IMG/VR virus record: IMGVR_UViG_3300045988_084596
Location: 1 to 57,929 of that record
Reading direction: 5' to 3' (one strand)
DNA: 57,929 bases
Origin: a virus
Part shown: positions 36,714-46,610 of the stretch, one piece after another
Numbering within the stretch: position 1 is the first letter of the stretch
Layout: the number at the start of each line of letters is the position of its first letter
Program-made: the position numbers and the translations under genes
The notes under the pieces: model-generated
Told to the model about the DNA's origin: nothing
What the model saw: only the letters and a program-made list of their open reading frames with translations
Databases searched by the model: none

Positions 36714-38459
36714 TTACACCTCACTCATAAACATAAAATCTGAAAATCTTCTACTTTTACGCTTGCGTTTACTATCCTCTTCCTATTTAATATAATATAA
36801 TCCATATTCAAGCGCAGAGAATTTATCTTTGGGCACAGACTTATTTGCCTGTTTTAAAATAATATTTACACCCTCATTTTCTTCTCGCAAATTTAGCATT
36901 TCTTCTCTTAATATAGAAGTTAAAGTGAATGGTTTTAAATATTCTGCCCGCTCTTCTGGTTTCATGGCTTGACCTTTCTTGGTACCAAGTAATTTATTTC
37001 TAGCAACTTTTTCGTCGATTAAAAATCTTAACTTTCCAGCCCGCAACTATGTCTAAACATTGCTATGGGCTTCGGTATTAATTGGCGCATTTGCCTTAAT
37101 TTCATAAATAGCATCATATTCTGTATTATCTGTTCTAAACCGTTTATATTCTCCATCTTCGTCATTGGCTACACCAAAATCAGGAAAAACCTCGTTAGTA
37201 TCTGGTACTATTTGTGGTTTAACCATGTAATCCATCAATCCAGCACCAAGTCCATTACCGTCAATAACAATAATTTTAGCTTTATAATCATAATATAATC
37301 TTTTTAGCTTAATTGCCTAATCTTCAAAATGTTCATCATCCATAGTATATATATTAACAAGAGACTTAATCGCTGGTCCTTGAGACTGAGGGGTTACTTT
37401 AAATACACATACAACAGATTGACATTTCTTTCTTCCTACATCAACAGAAAGAACATAATATGCTTGAGCAGAAGAGCGTCCGGAAGATTCATATTCAGGC
37501 TAAAGCAATTTTCTACTTCTATCAAAAGCATCACCATTAAAGAAGGCATCTTCTACGGTGCCACTCCATTTAGATTCATACTCTCTATCAAATGATGCTT
37601 CATTAAATGTACCATCTTGTTTTAACTCCTATACAAAGTTGCGGGATTGCAATCCCACTAGCACAGGAATTCTCCATGTTCCGCCCATTACAATACTCTT
37701 TTCGGGTTCTAGTATCATGCGCACTAGCAAAGTAATCAACTTATTATATGGGAATGTGTTTTTCCACCCCGCAGTAGTAACATAAATCTAGGATTTATTG
37801 AGTGTTTCTTCTTCATGAACAGATCCATCTAAACATCTTCTATCAACGTTCATTAGAGGGATTAAAACTTCATTTAAAATATCCCCATCTACACCAACGC
37901 ACTCCTCAATTAATCCTCCATGTCTACGCTTACCACGAGAAGATTCTCTAGCAGCAACGTTGTCAAAATAAGATCCATTTTTGAAGATATACTTACAATA
38001 ATCTTTTCCTTCCTAAGTCTTACCTCTTCGCCAATCAATCTCTCTCTAAAGCGCGGGAATCGCATTACAAATTTCCTAGACTTTTTCTTTTGCTATACCT
38101 GCTGCCTGTTCTTTTCCACCAGAAGTAATGAATAGCTTACATCCAGGATATAATATACATCTACACATAAGCACCGTTACTGATAAGAATGACTTAGAAT
38201 AGGCACGAGGAAATACCATGTATACATACTTATATCTCATAGCCGCCCGCAAGAAAACTCTCTAATAAAAATAAAAATTAATTTCTTTTTTTCTTGTCTC
38301 GTCTCCGCCGGTCTACAAAAAGTCAATAAACATATCTGGATATTCTCTCCAAAAAGCTATATACTATCTTGCTGCTGGAATTATCGCACGAACTCTTTCT
38401 TCGGAAAGGCCAATTTTCTTATTATTATTTGAAAGGTTTAATAAATCTTTTAATGCCAT
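36714..38459 (-). CDS. terL: terminase large subunit (581 aa), about 12 TAG codons
   Basis: RBS AAAGGAGG 8 nt before ATG at 38459. The continuous frame was checked block by block through ORFs 37053-37238 and 36783-37046; TAA at 36714-36716. Carries an ATPase-like N-terminal half and an RNaseH-like nuclease half (IVIDGNGLGAGLMDY). Confidence 0.65.
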
Positions 38460-38462
38460 ATA

Positions 38463-39632
38463 TTAAACCTCCTTTAATATATTATTTAACATTTCCTCAT
38501 CTTTGTCTCTTTCCGACTCTTTCATATCTTCATACTCTTGATAATCTTCTTCTGTTAATTCTGGATGCTCGTAATTAAATAAATCTTCATCCTCATCGCT
38601 ATCTTCAACATCAATATTTGCCTCGCGTTCTCTGTCTTTAACTATTTCTCTTAACGAAGCTTCGATCATATTACCAAGATTCATTTCCTCTGTAACTAGA
38701 GTATGAGTATATTGCTGTAAATCCTAAAGAGTTCTATCTACTTTATCTTGGGGTCCTTCCGTATAATATCTAGGAATAAAACCCTCTCTTTCACAAAGGG
38801 CTACTAATTCACCTATTGAATCTACAAATTCACCGGATTCGCCTTTGTTCTAAGCAGCCGTAAATTTGCCGCTTTTCATTAAACTATCATAGGCTTTTTG
38901 CATCTTCTAAAAGCCATCAATATCTCCAGCATCAATTAACTAATTTGCTTTTAAACTAGCTTTACATACCATAATAAGAGTATCTTTATGACCCGCTCCT
39001 TGAATATCATAAGAACTCATCATATCATTGTAAAGCTGCTCCATTCTTACTCTTTCTTCCCAAGAATATCCGCGGCCCCATTTAAGACGTAATACTAATT
39101 TATCTTCTTCGGTTAGCTAATCACCAAAATCATCATCTTCCTCTGGATCTTCATATTCTGGAGTTCCTACAGGGGCCTAAACATCCTCTAATTCTTTTGG
39201 TTTTGGAGGAGTTCTATCAATAGACAACTGCTCTTGAATTTCATCTTCTGTAAATCCTTGAGCCTTCATATTAAGAACTTTTTTATCAATGGAATCTTTC
39301 TCTAGCGTTTCTGTATCTGCCCAAGTGTATTTATTCCATTGCTTTAATTTCATTTTAGATAAATAGCGTCCAATAATAGTTAATCCAGTAACTTTCTTTG
39401 GATCTTTTCCATATTTCTCCAATAAACCATTCCATTCTTCTTTAATATATGGAACGTCAATCTCCTATAAAATCCATTTATAAGTTTCTGGATCCCAGTT
39501 ATCTACATGCATAGTAAGACACTTTTTACAAATATCCATCTTTCCATCTGGAGGATACTTCTCTAAATTTTTTGACGTATAAAACTATTTATCATCCATA
39601 GTTTTACCACATTTTTTACAATAATGGCTCAT
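38463..39632 (-). CDS. packaging-associated protein with N-terminal zinc ribbon and acidic C-terminus (389 aa), possible terminase small subunit
   Basis: ATG at 39632. Frame includes ORFs 39177-39422 and 38463-38684. N-terminus CKKCGKTMDDKQFYTSKN...DICKKC; position immediately upstream of terminase large subunit. Confidence 0.35.
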
Positions 39633-39638
39633 TTATAA

Positions 39639-40709
39639 TCAACCTCTTTTCTTATTGCGACAGCGCTTACAAATACTATACAAATTATCCTTACTTGTCT
39701 TATTCTTTGAAAAGAATTGATTATGGGCTGGCTTTAATTGCCCACACTTAGAACATTTTTTCATTGGGTATCCTTTTTGTTTATACTACCAACGTAAAAA
39801 ATCTTCTAAAGCCTCTTCCGCAATGAGTTTAGGAATCTTATTTCTCCATAGGCTAGAAATATATTCAACACTATATGTTTTACCAAACTCATTTTTTAAT
39901 ATTTCCTATATTTCGTTATTCTACTTTTTATCAATTTTGAGTTCAACAATTCGTAAATAGATTGGAAAGTCTTTGAGAGCTTTATCACATATTTCTTCAA
40001 ATGATTGAATTAAATACCATGTATCTCCCTCAAACTAATCATAACTATCCTCTTTTAATTTTGAATAATTGCATAAAATAGCAGAAACAACATTGGCGTC
40101 CATTAGCGAAATACCCTTTACTACTACCTTCTGTCCATTAAGATAACTCTAATCATCAAGAGAAATATGAGTTCTTACGGATCTCGTTAATTTACATGGT
40201 ATAATAGGTTTCTAATATGCTTGCTTAATGATATACTAATCTTTTCGCATCTCTATTAATGCTTTTTTCATCATATATGCCTATTTTGTCCCAGCAGCGC
40301 GTTTTAAAGCACCCTCCCAGACATTAATGGTTTCTCTCAACTATTTTAAACATGGTATAGTATCTAAATCTTTCTGTGTAATAGAAATCTTTGGCTAAAA
40401 TATAACATTTTTATTTTCTGACATTAAACCATAAATGCCATCCTCGCCATTTTCCATCTATGACGCAAGCCCTTCGAAAGAACATTCTCTTTTATTAACA
40501 GTAGCCATTCTATTATCTGTTAATATATTCTTTTCTTTCTTATCTTGCTTTTCCATACATAGAACTAAATAATCTGCTAATATTTCTAAATAACTCGAAC
40601 TAAGGTTCGGATTTTCTGCGATTATTTTTTCGACAAGCGCCTTCCGTTCTTCTGGAGACTCAATAGTATAATCTAATTTTATCATACTGTCATCTCCTTT
40701 TATACTCAT
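39639..40709 (-). CDS. DNA-binding-like protein (356 aa) with C-terminal CxxCG...CKRC zinc ribbon, 10 or more TAG codons
   Basis: ATG at 40709 from the track; same frame through TAGs to TGA 39639-39641. C-terminus CSKCGQLKPAHNQFFSKNKTSKDNLYSICKRC. Confidence 0.35.
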
Positions 40710-40738
40710 ATAATAACAAAAAAAAACTAGATTGTCAA
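40710..40738 (-). promoter_or_regulatory. sigma70-type promoter for the late/packaging operon
   Basis: Minus strand TTGACA-atctagtttttttttgt(17)-TATTAT, about 10 nt upstream of RBS AAAGGAGATGACAGT. Confidence 0.45.
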
Positions 40739-40745
40739 ATCTTAT

Positions 40746-40774
40746 TTGATTAATTTATTTAAAAATGATATAAT
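40746..40774 (+). promoter_or_regulatory. divergent sigma70-type promoter for the FolD operon
   Basis: TTGATT-aatttatttaaaaatga(17)-TATAAT with an extended TG. Confidence 0.45.
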
Positions 40775-40811
40775 ATAATTATAAAAAATAAGATAGGAGA
40801 TTTGTTTGCCA

Positions 40812-41144
40812 ATGTTCTTTGACGAACCATATTTAGATTTACCGGAAAAAGCATAGTATTATTTTAATATCTTAATAATCAGTATTGCTATATCTCCATA
40901 GTATGCTTAGGAAATCTTCCAAAATAAAGCAATAAGTTTATGGGATATTTAGGGAGTTAATGATCCTAGACCTATTGCTATTCATATATATACTTCTTAC
41001 CATATTAATAAAGATTTTGATTATGAAGTATAGTGTATTCCTCACTAGGTATTAGAAGTTAATGAAAATGAAATATCTTTCTATGAAATGATTGATTACG
41101 ATACTAGTGATCCTTGGAGGCTTGATCCAGATGCAATAGATTAA
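40812..41144 (+). CDS. hypothetical protein (110 aa), 7 TAG codons
   Basis: RBS ATAGGAGA before ATG at 40812. Open to TAA 41142-41144 only if TAG is read. Confidence 0.3.
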
Positions 41145-41916
41145 TATAAAAGAATATTTTCAACAATAGGTAAACAAATTGCGGGAGATTAGTGGTAATG
41201 TTCCATCACTCATGATTATCGACGCAACAGCCTAGGATCCCGCAAATCAAATTTATATTCGTAATAAAATAAAAGACTTTAATGCTCTTGGTTGGGAAGC
41301 AGAAGTGTTTAGAGCGAATAGTTCAGTAGAGTTAAGATTACTCTTAGGCCATGCGAAAGACTGGGATGCGGTAATAGTTCAAATGCCAGTAGCAAATGGA
41401 ATTGATTTCAATTATAGTCAAATACCTATCTCTAAAGATGCGGATGGTTTAAATCCTATGAGCAATATTACTCCAGCAACAGTAAGAGGAATTATAGACT
41501 ATTTGGATGAATGTGGTTTTAACTACGAAGGTAAATCTGCTGTTGTTTTGGGAAGAAGCGACATTGTAGGAAAGCCAATGGCTAAAGCTCTACTAGATAG
41601 AAATATGACCGTATCAGTATGTCATAGCAAAACAGATATAAATACAAAACTCTATTTAACAAGGCAAGCAGATTTAATTGTCTCTGCGGTAGGAAAATTT
41701 AGCTTAACAAGAGAAGCCTGTCCTAACGCTATTGTTATAGATGTTGGTATTCGCAGAAATGAAGCAGGAATTACTCTTGGAGACTTTGTAGAAATTGATG
41801 AAATTGCAAAAAGAAATAATGTATGGTCAACTCCTGTCCCCGGAGGAGTAGGTCTATTAACAAGATTGGGGTTGATGAAAAATTGTTTATAGTTAGCGAA
41901 ACAGGCGCAAAGATAA
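41131..41916 (+). CDS. folD: bifunctional methylenetetrahydrofolate dehydrogenase/cyclohydrolase (FolD), 4 in-frame TAG codons
   Basis: Aligns residue by residue to E. coli and B. subtilis FolD. DPANQIYIRNKIK matches NPASQIYVASKRK, VIVQMPVANGIDF matches LVQLPLPAGID, SKDADGLNP matches DKDVDGFHP, GRSDIVGKPMA matches GASNIVGRPM, VIDVGINRNE matches VIDVGINRLE, TPVPGGVGLLT matches TPVPGGVGPMT. The homology continues across TAG codons at 41137, 41167, 41233 and 41890; true stop is TAA at 41914-41916. Confidence 0.75.
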
Positions 41917-42269
41917 TGAAATTTTCGGGAGATTTTGACAAATATGCTGAAGAAGTTCTTCATATTAACAATCCCTTTCGAAAATTTTATCATACACAAA
42001 GTTCTTCAGTATTTAAAACTAACACCGATGGTATCATAACAATAGATATGGAAGAATCTCGAAAAATATATGAAGAAACAAAAGTAAATAGAGAAGAATG
42101 GATTAAATTAAGAGATAGATATGTCGCAGAAAGAATACTGCGGGAACTTGGATATGAAGTTCTATTAACCTCGTCTTATTTTGAATACTATCCTGATGCT
42201 ATTCCTTGTGAAGGAGCGTCAGGGCAATGCACAATAGACTGTAGAATGAATGGGTGTAAATATGAGTAA
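41917..42269 (+). CDS. hypothetical protein (117 aa)
   Basis: ATG abuts the FolD stop; TAA stop. Confidence 0.4.
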
Positions 42270-42450
42270 AATGTGTCCTTGTATTGATTATTGTTATAAT
42301 AGATTCGGTCGGTAGTACACACCAGACTGCGACAATACTTGCGATTATGCAATTAAAGTTAAAGAAAATAAAATGCTTAAAGAATATTTAAAGAGATTAG
42401 CGGCGGAAACAAATAGTTTACACACTTTATTTGAAGATTGGGATAATTAA
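42262..42450 (+). CDS. small Cys-rich protein (62 aa), one TAG
   Basis: MSKMCPCIDYCYNRFGR(Q)YTPDCDNTCDY...; TAA stop. Confidence 0.25.
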
Positions 42451-42494
42451 ATTATCCACTTCTGCCCAACCGCACGGAAGAAAGGAAACTGCAA

Positions 42495-43262
42495 ATGAAA
42501 CGAGAAGAGCTCAAACAACACGCGCAATCGCATTACGCAGACATTAAAGTGAGACTCAAGGAAGATACAGATCGCGCAATTATAAACTCTGAAATTTTTG
42601 GCCCCAATCTTCCTTTTCCGCTAAAACCGCAAGAAACCTACCATAATACCTTTTATCTTAAAGACCAAGATAGCGTATCCTGTCTATTTGGTTTAACCGA
42701 TCGGAGCAAGACCGCAATCTTAAATTATGCAAGCTATAAACATCCAGGTGGTTACTTCCTTGGAGGCAGCTCTGCACAAGAAGAGGCATTGTGTCACGAA
42801 AGCAACCTTTATCCTATTCTTCTTGCTTTTGATGATACTTATTACGCATGGAATAGACAGAGACTAAATCGAGCCCTATATCTTGATAGAGCTATCTATA
42901 CTCCTGATGTAGTCTTTGAAAAAGACAATGGTAGAAAATTAGCTGATGTAATTACTTGTGCTTCTCCTAATTATAGAACAGCACATACTTATCAGCAAGT
43001 TCCTCTTTCTCTAAACAATAGGATAATGGAAGAGAGAATTAATTTTATGTATCGGATTGCCGAGGCTAAGGGAGTGGAAAATTTAATCGCGGGAGCCTGG
43101 GGCTGTGGTGTTTTTATGCAAGATCCATCAACGGTCGCCACCTTGCTCGTAAGCGCAGCCCGCAATTATAATATTCCAAATATTTATTTTGCAATTCCAG
43201 ACCGCAATTCCCGCAATTTTAGAATTTTCTTGGAGGTTTTGGAAAAATGTTCAAGCAATTAA
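42495..43262 (+). CDS. bacterial-type poly(ADP-ribose) glycohydrolase-like macrodomain protein (DUF2263/TIGR02452 family)
   Basis: RBS GGAAGAAAGGAAAC. Signature ILNYASYKHPGGYFLGGSSAQEEALCHESNLY matches the PARG catalytic GGG-X6-8-QEE motif (T. curvata PARG LNFASA..PGGGFL.G..AQEE.LCR.S.LY). TAG-free; TAA stop. Confidence 0.75.
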   Translation: MKREELKQHAQSHYADIKVRLKEDTDRAIINSEIFGPNLPFPLKPQETYHNTFYLKDQDSVSCLFGLTDRSKTAILNYASYKHPGGYFLGGSSAQEEALCHESNLYPILLAFDDTYYAWNRQRLNRALYLDRAIYTPDVVFEKDNGRKLADVITCASPNYRTAHTYQQVPLSLNNRIMEERINFMYRIAEAKGVENLIAGAWGCGVFMQDPSTVATLLVSAARNYNIPNIYFAIPDRNSRNFRIFLEVLEKCSSN

Positions 43263-43684
43263 TTATCGCAAGACGAGATTTAAATATGTCTCCAGGGAAA
43301 CTTGCCGCACAAGTTTCCCATGCTTCTATTGCTTTTCTTTTGGAAAAGTTATATTGGGGAAGTAAAGAAGTTGTTAAAGAAAGAGACGGTCTTATGTATC
43401 ATATAGGAATAAGCCTCGATAGAGACTTATTCCATAACTGGATAGCGGAAGCGGAGACCAAAGTAGTTTGTAGAGCGAAGAATAAGAATGATTTGCTAAA
43501 AGCTGTTGCAATGGCTAAAGAATTAGGATGGGAAGAGAATAAAGACTACTGGCTTATTTATGATGCTTGTAGGACGGAGTTAGAGCGTGAAGGCCCGGAA
43601 GGGACTTTGACGTGTATTGGATTTAGGCCAATGGAGGCGGAAGAAATTGATAAAATTGGGAAGAAGTATCAGCTTTATAATTAA
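43247..43684 (+). CDS. peptidyl-tRNA hydrolase, PTH2 family
   Basis: N-terminus MFKQLIIARRDLNMSPGKLAAQVSHASIAF matches the PTH2 signature (human PTRH2 [25 protein letters not shown]). Overlaps the PARG-like gene by 16 nt; TAG-free. Confidence 0.75.
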   Translation: MFKQLIIARRDLNMSPGKLAAQVSHASIAFLLEKLYWGSKEVVKERDGLMYHIGISLDRDLFHNWIAEAETKVVCRAKNKNDLLKAVAMAKELGWEENKDYWLIYDACRTELEREGPEGTLTCIGFRPMEAEEIDKIGKKYQLYN

Positions 43685-43889
43685 CATAATATTAATCGTA
43701 TTGTTGTTAACTGCTTGCGGAAAGGAGAACGATCGTTATCCAAGGCTAGAGTATATTCCTACAATGTGGAGATCTGATGCGACTAATATTAAACTAGAGG
43801 ATGGATATATCTTAAAAGGATATGAAATGATAGAAACTGAGGATGGATATAATTTGATTTTTAATTTTGAAGCAACCGACGATGGATAA
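43617..43889 (+). CDS. small lipoprotein (90 aa), candidate superinfection-exclusion-type protein
   Basis: Signal peptide RRKKLIKLGRSISFIINIILIVLLLTAC with lipobox LLTAC. Overlaps the Pth2 3' end in another frame, so the start is uncertain. Confidence 0.4.
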   Translation: MDLGQWRRKKLIKLGRSISFIINIILIVLLLTACGKENDRYPRLEYIPTMWRSDATNIKLEDGYILKGYEMIETEDGYNLIFNFEATDDG

Positions 43890-44310
43890 AGTATTAGTAT
43901 GGTTTGACGGTAAGCATTATTATAATATATGCGCAGTCTGTGGAGAATTATATCCAATTTACAAAGTAGAAGATCATATTATATATAATTTAAAGAAGAA
44001 GTGTAAATGCGGAGAGAAGAAGTGAGTTCTTCTCTCTTTTTCGTTATTGAGATTGAAAAGTTGATTTAGATTTTGAAATGGCGTGGCAGAACGATTTCAC
44101 CAAAAAATTTCCAGTTTTTCCCAAAATACACGCCCCTCTTTCACATGGTAAAGTATTGAAGTGTAGTTGGCCTCTTTCGCTCGCTAAAGTACGAAAGCAA
44201 GAAAGCACGCCCCTAAAGGAATACGCGCGCGTAAAGGGTTTGTGCAAACTGCACAACAAGATGTTATTTATTTTGTGCAAAAGAGAGAGAAAGAAATTTC
44301 AAAAAAACTA

Positions 44311-44339
44311 TTGACAAGTGAGCGTTTTGGTGGTAAACT
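44311..44339 (+). promoter_or_regulatory. sigma70-type promoter (first of two tandem)
   Basis: TTGACA-agtgagcgttttggtgg(17)-TAAACT with a preceding A-tract. Perfect inverted repeat ACTGGAC tt GTCCAGT sits at the expected +1. Confidence 0.45.
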
Positions 44340-44405
44340 GGACTTGTCCAGTAGGACAGAGACAAAAGCACGGCACTTTGAAAATTAAAAAATTTCAAAA
44401 AAGGT

Positions 44406-44434
44406 ATTGACAAACTGCTAAAGGTTTGATACAA
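44406..44434 (+). promoter_or_regulatory. sigma70-type promoter (second tandem)
   Basis: TTGACA-aactgctaaaggtttga(17)-TACAAT with extended TG; A-tract upstream. Confidence 0.5.
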
Positions 44435-44488
44435 TACAGACAGAACAAAAGAGAACCACACCACAAAAAGAAAGGGAGTCAAAAGAGT

Positions 44489-44863
44489 ATGAAAAAGATT
44501 GATTTTACCAATGAAGATCGAGCCATTATTATGGAGTATATGGCGGCTAAGATGGCTAAGTCTGCGGCGGAGGCGGCGGAGAAAGCAGCTAAGGCTAAGG
44601 CTAAAGAGCTATTCTCCAGATTAGGTAAGGCTTTTAAGGCTACGGACAAAACAAGTTATCTATATGGCACGGTACAAATGCAGGGTAAGGCGAAAGCGGT
44701 GGTATATAAAGAAACTACCGCAAAAGGAACGGTTGACTGGAAAGCCTATGCTATGGCATTAGGTGGAACGGAAGCCGAAGCAGAGCAATTCCGCAGACCT
44801 TCCGATATTCGTACCTCTTTTGATTGGGCGACAAAGACCCAAGAAGAAGAAATTAGAGGATAA
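44489..44863 (+). CDS. hypothetical Ala/Lys-rich protein (124 aa)
   Basis: RBS AAAGGGAGTCAAAAGAGT before ATG at 44489. The track ORF starts further upstream at 44426 in the same frame. Confidence 0.45.
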   Translation: MKKIDFTNEDRAIIMEYMAAKMAKSAAEAAEKAAKAKAKELFSRLGKAFKATDKTSYLYGTVQMQGKAKAVVYKETTAKGTVDWKAYAMALGGTEAEAEQFRRPSDIRTSFDWATKTQEEEIRG

Positions 44864-45130
44864 CAGTTTATAAACCCTGCCTTGCAAAACACAAGGCAAG
44901 GCAGGGTTATAATAATTAAAAGAAAGGGGCATACTATATGTATCAGTTACAAGTTTTAGCCAATGAGAAAATGCGCTATTATGAACCATCCACCCTTTCA
45001 ATGGCAAGATGGAAGGTCAGTCACGAGATAGTCAATCCTAATCATTGGATTGTGGATTTATCCAGTGGAGAAATCGTAGATTAAAAAGAAGCTGACCTAA
45101 CGGCTATACGGGGAGAAAGGATAAAAGACT

Positions 45131-45433
45131 ATGAACAATTATATTAAGTGGTTCGTTGGGCCTACTTTTAGAAAGCGTGAATTTATTAAACTTTTGCGGT
45201 ATAAGATGAATGTGCGTTCCGCAGAGGTAGAGGACGGCATCATCTTAGACCTGGATGCTTTTAATGCCATGCGAGTGGCCTATATGCCACACTGGGCTTA
45301 TATCAATAGAAAGTTTATCAATAGCAATCTGCATACCAGAATTGCAAGCGAAGACGAATATAAGGTTGCTATGATCGGAGATACAATCGGTACTGAATGG
45401 GTTAAAGAACAGGAGGCAAAGAAATGGAAATGA
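45131..45433 (+). CDS. hypothetical protein (100 aa)
   Basis: RBS GGGGAGAAAGG; TGA stop. Confidence 0.4.
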   Translation: MNNYIKWFVGPTFRKREFIKLLRYKMNVRSAEVEDGIILDLDAFNAMRVAYMPHWAYINRKFINSNLHTRIASEDEYKVAMIGDTIGTEWVKEQEAKKWK

Positions 45434-45592
45434 GAATTATTAAGCGGATAGGAGGCGGCATTTGTGCCGCTCTCCTACTCTGGACAGTTCTTAGTTGGGC
45501 TGATATAGTGGCGGATAACTGTGAGCCAAACCCACAGCACAGCGAATATAATATGTTCGTTCTCATGACTAAATAATAGGAGGAAAAAGAAA

Positions 45593-45826
45593 ATGTATAG
45601 AGGGACTTATATCGACGCCATGGGCCGCAAGCGCAGAGAGATGGGATATTTCAGTCTTAATAAGCCCACTCTGAATAAACTCCATATACCAGTAATTGTC
45701 CAAGCGAGAGATAAGACAAGTGCGGCGAATAAAATCAATAGGAAATATAAGTTGCGTATAAGTCCCAGTAATCTGCGGGAGGTGCCGATGGGCACAGGCT
45801 ATCTCATGGAAACCATGGAGCTGTAA
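45593..45826 (+). CDS. hypothetical basic protein (77 aa)
   Basis: RBS AGGAGGAAAAAGAAA before ATG; TAA stop followed by a double terminator. Confidence 0.4.
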   Translation: MYRGTYIDAMGRKRREMGYFSLNKPTLNKLHIPVIVQARDKTSAANKINRKYKLRISPSNLREVPMGTGYLMETMEL

Positions 45827-45840
45827 AGGAATAATACTTG

Positions 45841-45875
45841 ACTGGCAATCTACACAAAGATTGCCAGTCATTTTT
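45841..45875 (+). terminator. intrinsic terminator (first of a tandem pair)
   Basis: ACTGGCAATC tacacaaa GATTGCCAGT then CATTTTT. Confidence 0.55.
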
Positions 45876-45898
45876 ATGCACTTTTCCATATTGACTTT

Positions 45899-45937
45899 TC
45901 GCCGGGCCGCCAGCGTGCGCCGCGGCCCGAATTTTTA
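45899..45937 (+). terminator. conserved GC-rich hairpin terminator (family member 1 of 6)
   Basis: CGCCGGGCCGCcagcgtgcGCCGCGGCCCGAATTTTTAT. Confidence 0.55.
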
Positions 45938-46011
45938 TTTATTCGGCAATTTCAACAATTATATGACCGAAAGTCTGTGCAATTCGACGAAAGTTTTTCT
46001 CCCGAAATTAC

Positions 46012-46040
46012 TTGACATTCCTTTTGCCATGTGTTATTAT
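46012..46040 (+). promoter_or_regulatory. consensus sigma70-type promoter
   Basis: TTGACA-ttccttttgccatgtgt(17)-TATTAT, preceded by TCTCCCGAAA. Confidence 0.55.
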
Positions 46041-46092
46041 ATACTTGTCCAAAGGGACAGGCCACAAAAAGAATTTGAAAGGAAGTAAAAAA

Positions 46093-46332
46093 ATGACTTT
46101 AGATATGGTTGCTTGGTTACTTTCTCCGCTTGCAGAAGATACTATGTTCTTTGACGGGGAGGGATTCGAAATTATCAATAAGAATACCCAAGCTCATTAC
46201 CACGAATTACCTGATGGTAGAATAACTCTGGGAGGAGACGTAATCGAGGTATCTAAGGAATGGGTTCTGGGACTTCAGGTAACCGGCATTGAGGCAAGAG
46301 ATAACAATTTAATCATTTATGTAGATGGTTAA
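46093..46332 (+). CDS. hypothetical protein (79 aa)
   Basis: RBS GAAAGGAAGTAAAAAA before ATG at 46093. Confidence 0.4.
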   Translation: MTLDMVAWLLSPLAEDTMFFDGEGFEIINKNTQAHYHELPDGRITLGGDVIEVSKEWVLGLQVTGIEARDNNLIIYVDG

Positions 46333-46394
46333 GAAAACTTGCGGGAGTGGAGGCCATAAATCTCCACTCCCCATGATAAAAAGGAGGAATAAAT

Positions 46395-46610
46395 ATGATT
46401 GCTGTTATTAAATTTGAAAGTGTAGAAAAATCTGCGGAGTTTGGAGACACAATTTGTAATATGGCTGGTTGGTGTTTGAATCATCCTCTTAATTCCAATG
46501 TTACCGGCTGTGTTCGTACTCTTGATTTTAATACCGGCGACAAACAAGATAGAGCCTTATATAATTATCTGCTAAAAATTAGAGCTTTCGAGGAGGTGGA
46601 ACTAAAGTGA
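46395..46610 (+). CDS. hypothetical protein (71 aa)
   Basis: RBS AAAAGGAGGAATAAAT before ATG. Confidence 0.4.
   Translation: MIAVIKFESVEKSAEFGDTICNMAGWCLNHPLNSNVTGCVRTLDFNTGDKQDRALYNYLLKIRAFEEVELK

Noticed and set aside
44078-44314. 78-aa plus-strand ORF in the intergenic region upstream of the tandem promoters
   Set aside because: It has no RBS and overlaps promoter and palindrome elements. It is basic with low complexity. The region is more likely regulatory (TTGTGCAaacTGCACAA palindrome, two promoters).
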